Part shown: one piece after another, positions 56,952 through 64,000 of the stretch | How the letters are laid out: each line of letters begins with the position of its first letter | Numbering within the stretch: position 1 is the stretch's first letter | Source: Candidatus Sericytochromatia bacterium | Lineage (GTDB): Bacteria > Cyanobacteriota > Sericytochromatia > S15B-MN24 > JAQBPE01 | Reading direction: 5' to 3' | NCBI GenBank assembly: GCA_035285125.1 | Contig: JAYKHR010000145.1 | Coordinates: 1-64,000 of the forward strand | DNA length: 64,000 nucleotides | Program-made: the position numbers and the translations under genes | Notes under the pieces: model-generated | What the model was told of the DNA's origin: nothing | Databases searched by the model: none | Seen by the model: only the letters and a program-made list of their open reading frames with translations

Positions 56952-57284
56952 ATGGGCGATGAGGCCTGCTCGAAGCATGGCGCGCTGGAAGAGCTCCAGG
57001 CGCGCGCCGCGCTGGGGCGTGAGATCCTGCTGCGGCCGATCGCCAGCGAGGCAGACCTCGTGGCGGCCCAGCAGGCTCGCGTGGAGTGGGTGCTGCGGAA
57101 CAAGCGCCTGCTGCACCAGCTGATCGGCGAGGCCGCTTCCCAGGTGCGGTTCTCCCCCTCGGCGCCGACGGAGATGCCGCTTAAGCCGAAGCTCGAGGAC
57201 CACGTCCGCGAGTTCCAGAACCAGATGATCGCCGGCATCACGGACCTCGACCGCCTGATCGCCGCGCTCGGCCGGGTGCAGTGA
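56952..57284 (+). CDS. Small hypothetical helical protein
   Basis: GGAGG RBS before MGDEACSK; typical codon usage. Confidence 0.65.
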   Translation: MGDEACSKHGALEELQARAALGREILLRPIASEADLVAAQQARVEWVLRNKRLLHQLIGEAASQVRFSPSAPTEMPLKPKLEDHVREFQNQMIAGITDLDRLIAALGRVQ

Positions 57285-57399
57285 GGCGGCCTGACCGCGT
57301 CGCCCGCAGTAAAATTAACGGAACTTTTACAGGTCGATAAGAAACCCGGGCCGACCCGCCCCGGATAACCCTCCTGTCGCCCCGCCGCCAGGAGCCGCC

Positions 57400-58101
57400 G
57401 TGTCCGTCATCAGCCGCCTGTTCCAACCTGTCGGGCGCCGCCTCGAGGCTGGCTTTGGCCGCCTGGTCGGCCGAAAGGCCTCCCAGGAGACGGGCGAGCA
57501 GGCGGCGCGGACGCTCGGTCGGGACGTGGTGCGGACGAGCGGGCGGTGGGGCCTGCTGCGGGGGGCCACGCCCCCTGCCAACCCCGCCTTCACGGCCGCG
57601 CTGGACGCTGCCAAGGCGATGCTGAAGCAGAAGGGCAAGTACCACAACATCTCGGGCTCGCTGCAGGACGCCCTCGCCCAGGCCACCAGCACCGGTGAAG
57701 CGCTTCAGGTGGCGGCGCTGGCCCGCAAGCTGGCCGTGGGCTACAACCAGGCCCACCGCGGGGTGCTGACGGACGCGCTGGCCCAGGGCGCGGCCCGGGC
57801 CCAGGTCACGGATGAGGCCTTCGACGTGATCCGGCACGTGGTCAAGACCCGCCAGGAGGCCTACGCCCTGTTCAACGTCTCGGAGAAGCGCAAGCTGGTG
57901 GAGACGGCGGTGACCCGCTACATGGCGGTCGGGGAGACCGAGCTGCCCGTCGACGAGCTGGCGCGCAAGGTCGTGAAGCTCGTCCAGCCCAGGCTGGATC
58001 AGGCCTCGACCCGCGCCACGATCCGCCGCGTGAGCGGGCTCGAGGCGCAGGCCGAGCGGGTGCAGGCCGTGACGAACTTCATCCACAAGGCGCTCTCCTG
58101 A
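57400..58101 (+). CDS. Hypothetical protein
   Basis: AGGAG RBS, GTG start, typical codon usage, no recognisable motif. Confidence 0.7.
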   Translation: MSVISRLFQPVGRRLEAGFGRLVGRKASQETGEQAARTLGRDVVRTSGRWGLLRGATPPANPAFTAALDAAKAMLKQKGKYHNISGSLQDALAQATSTGEALQVAALARKLAVGYNQAHRGVLTDALAQGAARAQVTDEAFDVIRHVVKTRQEAYALFNVSEKRKLVETAVTRYMAVGETELPVDELARKVVKLVQPRLDQASTRATIRRVSGLEAQAERVQAVTNFIHKALS

Positions 58102-58127
58102 GCCCGAGGCGGCCGGGTATATAGCGG

Positions 58128-58820
58128 GTGCCCGCTTCCCGGAGGCCCGCCTTGCGTCCAGTGTCCCTGCTCATGCTCAGCCTGCTGGCCACCTTGGCCG
58201 GCTGCAACCCGGCCCCCTGCCCGGTGGTGACCTCGCCCCCGACGGGTGGCGTCATCCAGGGCCAGGTGCGCGGCACCGACGGCCGCCCCGTGGAGGGCGC
58301 CACCGTGATGGCCGCTGACGCCACGGGCGCAGCGATCCCAGGCACCATGCGGGCCCGCACGGACGCCCAGGGCAGCTACTGGGCTGCCCAGCTCCCCCCC
58401 GGCTTCGCCTACGTGCTGGTGGCGCGGCCCCCCGACGGCAAGGGGCCGCTGCTCTCCACGCTGGGGCGCCCGACCGAGCAGGCCGCGGCCCCCACAGACA
58501 TCACCCGCGCCACCACCGTTCTGACGCTCGGCACGATGCGTGGCCGCGCCGGGATGCCTGGCGCCTTCAGCCCGGAGGCCTGGGCGCTCGCGGTGCAACG
58601 CGTCGAGCTGGCCCTCGAGTCCGAGCAGGCGCCGGACCTCGCGGACGCTGCGGCCGTGGAGGCCTGGCTCAGGCGCCAGGGCGAGGGTGACACCACGCTC
58701 CGGGCCAGCGTGGCGCAGCTCAACCAGGAGCTGAGCGCCGGGGGGGCCCGGGAGCAGGTCGAGGCCCAAGCGGGCAACCGCCAGTCCGACCCCCTCGACG
58801 CCCTGAAGCCGATTTACTGA
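58128..58820 (+). CDS. Lipoprotein with carboxypeptidase-regulatory-like domain (start uncertain)
   Basis: Lipobox LAGC; IQGQVRGTDGRPVEGATV, RTDAQGSY. Confidence 0.75.
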   Translation: MPASRRPALRPVSLLMLSLLATLAGCNPAPCPVVTSPPTGGVIQGQVRGTDGRPVEGATVMAADATGAAIPGTMRARTDAQGSYWAAQLPPGFAYVLVARPPDGKGPLLSTLGRPTEQAAAPTDITRATTVLTLGTMRGRAGMPGAFSPEAWALAVQRVELALESEQAPDLADAAAVEAWLRRQGEGDTTLRASVAQLNQELSAGGAREQVEAQAGNRQSDPLDALKPIY

Positions 58821-58829
58821 GCCACCGCC

Positions 58830-59624
58830 ATGACTGCCTCGACCCGACGCCTTGCCCCGCTGCTCGCCCTGGCCGCCTGCCTGGGCGGCCTCCCTGCCTG
58901 CGAGGCTGACACCCCGCCGTGCGCCCCGGCGGCAAACCGCCCCCTGCCGGGCACCCTGCTGGGCGGCCAGGCCCGCATCCCGACGTCCCTGGCGGTCAGT
59001 GGGGCCCCGCCGGGCCTCGACTACGAGGTGCCGGTGAACGGCGGCGAGGTCTTCCTGGCCGACGCCGCGGGGCGCGCGCTGCCGGGCAGGGTGGCGTTGA
59101 CCAGCCCAACTGGCGCCTGGCAGATCGCGGGCGTGCCAGCGGGCCAAGGCTTCGGCGTCGTCGTGGTGGCCAGGAGCGCCCAGGGCAAGGACTTGCTGCT
59201 TCGCAGCCTCGCACGCACGGGGAGCCAGGGTGGCACGGCGGACGTCAACGCGGCGACCACCATCGCCACGCTGGGCCTTTGCGATGGGCTGAGCGGGCCC
59301 GTGGGGGAGTTCGACCGCACCACCTTCGACCGGGTCGTGGCCCAAGTCTACGGCCGGCTGCCCGCCGCGAGCCCGCTGGATCTCACGGACGCCACCGGCG
59401 TCAAGGACCGCTTCCGGGGCTGGATGGCCCAAGATGCGGAGCTGAAGGCGATGGCCGACCGCCTGCGGGCCGAGATCGCGCGCCCCCGCGTCGGCCTTCC
59501 GGAGCAGATCGCACTGCTGCTGGCCGCTCAAGGGCTCCCGACGACCCAGCCCCCCGCCGCGGCGCGCACGCCCGGGCCAACCCCGACCCCGACCCCGACC
59601 CCGACGCCCGAGCCGGAGGAGTGA
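58830..59624 (+). CDS. Probable lipoprotein, distant paralog of the upstream gene, with (PT)n tail
   Basis: Hydrophobic N-terminus with Cys; LADAAGRALPG..LTSPTGAW, DVNAATTI; (ACCCCG)n at about 59580-59605. Confidence 0.72.
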   Translation: MTASTRRLAPLLALAACLGGLPACEADTPPCAPAANRPLPGTLLGGQARIPTSLAVSGAPPGLDYEVPVNGGEVFLADAAGRALPGRVALTSPTGAWQIAGVPAGQGFGVVVVARSAQGKDLLLRSLARTGSQGGTADVNAATTIATLGLCDGLSGPVGEFDRTTFDRVVAQVYGRLPAASPLDLTDATGVKDRFRGWMAQDAELKAMADRLRAEIARPRVGLPEQIALLLAAQGLPTTQPPAAARTPGPTPTPTPTPTPEPEE

Positions 59625-59636
59625 CGGCGCCGCACC

Positions 59637-60659
59637 TCAGAACCTGAGGCCCAGGCCCCCCGTCACCGTGCTCGGGCCCTCGAAGCCCAGGCGCAACTCG
59701 GCGTGGCCGGAGAGCGCCCCCCAGCCCAGGCGCACGCCCGTGATCGCCTCCGGCACGACCACGGCGGGGTTGTAGCCCCCCGACCAGAGCGTGCCGAGGG
59801 TCACATGGGTGCCGCCCAGGCCGACATAGACCGGCCCGTTGGTCAGCAACGCGGAGTGTAGCCGCATGAAGCCGACGTCGAGGGGCCCTGTCCGATCGAA
59901 TCGGGTCCGGCCGTACTCCCCGCCCAGCCTCAGGGAGATCCAGTCGTGGAGTTGCACGCGGTAGTGCAGGCCCGCGATGGGGAAGCTGACGCGCGAGAGG
60001 TGCATGCCGGCGACGAGTTCCACGTGGTGCCGCGTCCCGGGTGCCGGCCTCGCCGCAGCGAGCTTCGGCGTGGCCGGGGGGCGCGGGTTCCGACGCCACA
60101 TCCCGTCCTCTGGCGGGGAGGAACCGACGCGGCCGGCGCGCGGCATCGGCATCGCGATGACGGTGCGGCTCGGCTCCAGCATGGGCTGGAGGTTTGCATG
60201 ACCTTGCGTCACGCTGTAGTCGTAGGCCGTGAAGCCGTCGTGGCTCAGGCGCTCGCGGCTGGCCCCACGGGAGAGCAAGAGCCGCACGACGGTGTCCTGG
60301 CCATTCCAGGCTGCCAGCATCAGCGGGGTGTAGCCGTTGCCGTCCCCGACGTCGACGGTGGCGCCGCGATCAAGCATGTAGCCCGCCAGCACGACGTACC
60401 CCCGGAACGCCGCCCAGTGCAGCGGCGTGTAGCCGTTCTCGTCCCGCGCGTTGAAGCTGGCCCCGCGGCGCAGGGCCTCTTGCATGGCCCGCAGGTTGCC
60501 CGAGTAGACCGCCACGATCAGGTCCTGATCAGCCGCCTCGTCGGCCCGGGCGGGCTGTCCGGGCAGGCCGACGACGAGGGCCGCGGCCAGTGCCAGCGAG
60601 GCGACGGGACGGAGGGCTCGCGCGGAGATTCTCGAAGCTTGCGAGGTCATCAGCACCAT
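59637..60659 (-). CDS. Secreted ankyrin-repeat protein with C-terminal beta-barrel-like domain
   Basis: Signal peptide; NGYTPLHWAA, NGYTPLMLAA, DGFTAYDY; beta-rich C-terminus ending GLGLRF. Confidence 0.85.
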   Translation of the reverse strand: MVLMTSQASRISARALRPVASLALAAALVVGLPGQPARADEAADQDLIVAVYSGNLRAMQEALRRGASFNARDENGYTPLHWAAFRGYVVLAGYMLDRGATVDVGDGNGYTPLMLAAWNGQDTVVRLLLSRGASRERLSHDGFTAYDYSVTQGHANLQPMLEPSRTVIAMPMPRAGRVGSSPPEDGMWRRNPRPPATPKLAAARPAPGTRHHVELVAGMHLSRVSFPIAGLHYRVQLHDWISLRLGGEYGRTRFDRTGPLDVGFMRLHSALLTNGPVYVGLGGTHVTLGTLWSGGYNPAVVVPEAITGVRLGWGALSGHAELRLGFEGPSTVTGGLGLRF

Positions 60660-60823
60660 TCAAGCACACCCTTGGGGGGGTGTGGGAGCCCGGGCACTCA
60701 GGGTGGGGGCAAGAAGACCTCGGGCGCAACCGCAAGGCCTCCCGGCGTGGCGACGCACCGCGTCCGACCAGGGCCGGGCTGGAAGCCCTGAGAGACGGCC
60801 GTGGCGCGGCTGAAGCGCCTCCG

Positions 60824-61876
60824 TCACGCCCCCTCCCCCTCGGGCGCCAGCGCGCGCAGCAGGGCAGCCTGCACCTCGGCCGTCGAGGCGGAGCCGCCGA
60901 GGTCCGGCGTGAGCACCTGGCGCGCCGCCGTCACCCGGGCAATCGCCCGGAGCACGTCCACGGCGGCCTGCCGCTCGCCCAGCGCGTCCAGAACCAGCGC
61001 CCCGGCCCAGCAGGCGCCGATCGGGTTCGCCATCGCGTGGCCGGCGAGGTCGGGCCTGGGCCCGTGGGTTGGCGCCAGCAGCGGCGGCGCCTGGCCCGAG
61101 GGGTCGAGGAAGGCCGCCGCCGGGATGCTCGCCCCCCCCTGCAGCGCATCGAGGATGCCGTCGATCGGGCCCACGAGGGCCGCGGGCGCGACCACCACGT
61201 CCACGGCGTGGGGGTGCGTGAGCAGCGCCCCCAGGAGCTCGGGCAAGGGCGTGAGCCGCCACATCACCTCCGGGGCGCGCTCGCCCGCGTCCGCGATCGC
61301 CTCGCGCCACAGCCTGCCCCAGGCGTCATCCGGCCCAGGCTCCACGACGGCATGCAGCAGCCGGCGGGGCCTGCGGCCGGCTACCGTGAAGGCCTGCGCC
61401 GCGAGCGCGGAGGCCGCAGCGGGCGACCAGCGCGCCGTCCGGGCCAGCACCCCCTCGGCCTCCTCGGCCAACGTCCCCTCCTCAGGCTCGGCAGGGCTGA
61501 CGAGGAGCCCGTCCAAGGCCCCTGCAAGCGCCGACGTGAGCGGCGTGGCCAGGCCCGGCCAGGCGCGCATCGGGCGCACCCGCATCCGGTGGCCGAGCCC
61601 GCGCCGCAAGAAGACGTCCAGCGCCACCCCGCTGGCCTGACGCGGCGGGGCCGCCGCGCCGAGGAGCACGGCCTCGAAGGTGCGGAGCGCGTCGAGGCTG
61701 TCCGGGGGGGCGGGCGCCCCCGTGGTGGCGGCGAGCCGCTCCCCCCAGGGCATCGTGAAGAACTCGAAGATGACGCGGTGGCGCAGCGCCGCCGCGTCGA
61801 TCAGCGCGGCGGCGACGGGCACGACCTCGGGCCCGATGCCGTCGCCCGGCAGGAGCGCCACACGGCGGCGACGCAT
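60824..61876 (-). CDS. Isocitrate/isopropylmalate/tartrate dehydrogenase-family protein (degenerate active site)
   Basis: VALLPGDGIGPEVV, THGPRPDLAG..ANPIG, LTPDLGGSAST. Confidence 0.8.
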   Translation of the reverse strand: MRRRRVALLPGDGIGPEVVPVAAALIDAAALRHRVIFEFFTMPWGERLAATTGAPAPPDSLDALRTFEAVLLGAAAPPRQASGVALDVFLRRGLGHRMRVRPMRAWPGLATPLTSALAGALDGLLVSPAEPEEGTLAEEAEGVLARTARWSPAAASALAAQAFTVAGRRPRRLLHAVVEPGPDDAWGRLWREAIADAGERAPEVMWRLTPLPELLGALLTHPHAVDVVVAPAALVGPIDGILDALQGGASIPAAAFLDPSGQAPPLLAPTHGPRPDLAGHAMANPIGACWAGALVLDALGERQAAVDVLRAIARVTAARQVLTPDLGGSASTAEVQAALLRALAPEGEGA

Positions 61877-62727
61877 CAGCCGCCCTGCGAGGCGCCGCCG
61901 GCCCAGGCCGCCACGGCAGCCCTCGCCTCGCGCGCCGGGCCCTCGGCAGCAGGGCCCAGCGAGAGCCAGCCGTCGAACTCTCCCGCGGCCAGCGCCTCGA
62001 CCACCAACCGCGCGGCCAGGTGGGACGCGGCTGGCAGCGCGAAGACGCCGCGACGCAGCGCCTCCTCCAGGCCGAGGCCATGGCGCAGCACCGTGTCCAG
62101 CACGGCCGTGTCCAGGCCCTGCAGGTGGACGTGCCGGAGCCGCCAGCGCCACGTCTCGACCGCGCCGGCCGCATTGCCCCCCCCATAGGCCACGTGCCCG
62201 GTGTCGAGCGACAGCCCGACCAGCTCGGCCTCGGTGCCGTTGAGCAGGCGCTTGAGCTCGACGGGCGTCTCGATCCAGCTCCCCGCCCGCGGGGCGAAGG
62301 CCAGCGCGAGGCCCCGGCTGCGGCAGCGCGCCCCGAGCTCGTCGAGGGCCTCGGCCAGGTTGCGCCACTCCTCGTCCCGCAGGCCCCTGGCGCCAGCATC
62401 CTGGACCCTGCCCGCGACGCGCAGCCGCGCGGGCACGCCGGGCTCGCTGACGACCAGCACCCCGCAGCCCCGGGCCGCCAGGGCGTCGAGGCGGGGGTTG
62501 AGGCCGTTCAGCGCCTCGGCCACAGCCTGCCCGTCGGTGAGGCCCGGCGCCCATGTGGCCACGACGGGGCCCGGCGCCGCAGCCAGCGGGAAATCCTGCA
62601 GGGCCGCCTCGAGCGGCAGCACCACCCCGTCAAACCCGGCAGCCGCCGCGCCCGCCAGCGCCTGGGGCCACGCCGAGGCCTCGGCGGCCCCTTCGCCCAG
62701 CTGCAGCGCGACGCGCAGGGGGCTCAC
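61876..62727 (-). CDS. Sugar phosphate isomerase/epimerase TIM barrel (IolE-like, degenerate)
   Basis: LRDEEWRNLAEALDELG, GSWIETP, VGLSLDTGHVAYGGG, RLRHVHL. Confidence 0.75.
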   Translation of the reverse strand: MSPLRVALQLGEGAAEASAWPQALAGAAAAGFDGVVLPLEAALQDFPLAAAPGPVVATWAPGLTDGQAVAEALNGLNPRLDALAARGCGVLVVSEPGVPARLRVAGRVQDAGARGLRDEEWRNLAEALDELGARCRSRGLALAFAPRAGSWIETPVELKRLLNGTEAELVGLSLDTGHVAYGGGNAAGAVETWRWRLRHVHLQGLDTAVLDTVLRHGLGLEEALRRGVFALPAASHLAARLVVEALAAGEFDGWLSLGPAAEGPAREARAAVAAWAGGASQGG

Positions 62728-64000
62728 GGCCGGCCTCCGACCGCCAGGCCGAGCCCGGGGGCGGGCTGCGCGAAGGCGCGTGCCACGAAGCCCACCAGGC
62801 GCCGCTCGAACTCGGCGGGCTGGTGCACCGCGCTGTTCGCGTGCCCCGCCCCTGGCGCGAGCCAGAGCTCCTTGTCCACGCCGCTCCCGGCCGTCAGGTA
62901 GAGCATGCGACTGTTCTCCGGCGCCACGAGAGGGTCCTGCGCCCCGTGGACGATGAGCATCGGCCGCGGCGCCACCCGAGCAATGTGACGGATGGGCTCC
63001 GCTTCGCGCAAGTCCACCCCATACACCCGCCGCACGCGCTCGATGGTCGCCGCCGCCGCCAGCACGGGAGAAGGCAAGAGCGCCGCGGCAATGAAGCCCG
63101 AGAAGGCCTGCTGGACGGTCGCAAAGGCGCAGTCGTCGACCAGCCCGCGGACCCCAGGGTGCAGCGCGGCGCCCCGGATGGCCGTCGCCCCCCCGAGGCT
63201 CGTGCCGTAGATGGCTACCGACCGCAGGCCACGCGCCTCGAGCCAGCGCAGGGCCGCCGCCACGTCGCGCGTCTCGTGCAGGCCATAAGTGGTGAGCGTG
63301 CCCTCGCTCTCCCCGTGGCACCGCAGGTCCATGACCAGCTGGTTGGCATGGGGGGCGAGCATGGCCACCTGGCCGTGCCGCACGTACGACGCCCGCGTGT
63401 CGTCGATGCCGTGGTAGAGGAGCACCGTGTGCGGCGTCGGCACGCGGGCGGGGATGTACCAGCCCCGGAGCGTGAGGCCGTCCTCGGCCTGCAAGACCAC
63501 GGGCTCGTAGGCGAGGCCGAACCGCGCCGGCGTCTCCTTGATGGGCAGGCGCTTGGGGAAACAGGCCTTCCGCACCGCGATGCGGCTCACCACGCCGAAA
63601 TAAGCGCCGAGGAGGCCGCGCCCCACCGTCCCGGCCAGGCCCCGGCCCTCCCGAGGCAGGCCACCCAGCGCGAGGTAAAGGTCCCGCGCCTCTGGTGCCG
63701 CCAGCTGTCCATCGCCATCGCCATCCGCTGCGGCGAAGGCATCGAGCGCCCCCTCCCAGCCGGCCAGTTCGGTCAGGGCGCGCCACTCGCGCCGGCTGAC
63801 CCGCCCATCGCGGTCCGCATCGGCCTGCGCCTGCACGGCACGCACCATGGGCTCGAACGCGGGCAGCAGGGCCTCGGCGCCCGCCCGATCCAGGGGATAG
63901 CGCCACTCTGCTGGCTCGATCGCGCCCGACCGGTCCCGGTCGAAGGCCTTGAACTGGGCAACATCGAACCCGGTCTCGGCGCCTGACAGCACGCCGTCGC
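62724..64000 (-). CDS. EF-hand-containing alpha/beta hydrolase, 5'-truncated by window edge
   Basis: DRDRSGAIE, DADRDGRVS, DGDGDGQL; LRGWY, DLRCHGES, GTSLGG, HGAQD, GAGH. Confidence 0.85.
   Translation of the reverse strand, partial: DGVLSGAETGFDVAQFKAFDRDRSGAIEPAEWRYPLDRAGAEALLPAFEPMVRAVQAQADADRDGRVSRREWRALTELAGWEGALDAFAAADGDGDGQLAAPEARDLYLALGGLPREGRGLAGTVGRGLLGAYFGVVSRIAVRKACFPKRLPIKETPARFGLAYEPVVLQAEDGLTLRGWYIPARVPTPHTVLLYHGIDDTRASYVRHGQVAMLAPHANQLVMDLRCHGESEGTLTTYGLHETRDVAAALRWLEARGLRSVAIYGTSLGGATAIRGAALHPGVRGLVDDCAFATVQQAFSGFIAAALLPSPVLAAAATIERVRRVYGVDLREAEPIRHIARVAPRPMLIVHGAQDPLVAPENSRMLYLTAGSGVDKELWLAPGAGHANSAVHQPAEFERRLVGFVARAFAQPAPGLGLAVGGRP

Noticed and set aside
59580..59605. (ACCCCG)n as a phase-variation tract
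   Set aside because: The unit length of 6 keeps the frame and simply encodes a Pro-Thr tail
60824..61876. Gene symbol leuB or icd
   Set aside because: Family is clear but substrate- and metal-binding residues are missing, so orthology cannot be claimed
1..64000. CRISPR array, IS element, integrase or prophage
   Set aside because: No regularly spaced repeat-spacer array and no transposase, recombinase or phage structural motifs seen; the repeats found are short and intragenic

Overview
A very GC-rich (roughly 70%+ by eye), gene-dense bacterial chromosome segment with about 50 CDS. No rRNA, tRNA, CRISPR array, integrase or transposase is recognisable. The HtpG type, a DUF3370-like lipoprotein and a 2TM-like protein hint at a high-GC relative of Cyanobacteria such as Sericytochromatia (inference only). 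Main blocks: (1) a type I secretion-like ABC/HlyD/TolC operon with MscS and NhaC genes; (2) an XRE-HTH fused to an apparently catalytically dead sirtuin; (3) an accessory, defence-like patch (16.0-23.1 kb) with a WYL regulator, a wHTH/coiled-coil/RelE fusion, a DUF4258-like toxin and an RNase H-like/helical-repeat protein; (4) htpG with a HAIR-like operator; (5) a 19-kb locus where three Ser/Thr kinase-STAND ATPase-TPR genes surround a coupled operon (membrane protein, CocE/NonD hydrolase, heme-oxygenase-like diiron enzyme, enolase-superfamily enzyme, GH3 acyl-amido ligase), a porin and a fatty acid desaturase. This is the best candidate for an undescribed small-molecule synthesis and sensing system; (6) a TlpA-like redoxin with an in-frame UGA in a UxxC motif followed by a SECIS-like hairpin, a probable selenoprotein split by the ORF track; (7) a ~370-nt highly structured intergenic region that I could not assign to a known RNA family; (8) several lipoproteins and two apparently degenerate metabolic enzymes at the right end. 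All family calls come from motif recognition by eye, with no database search.
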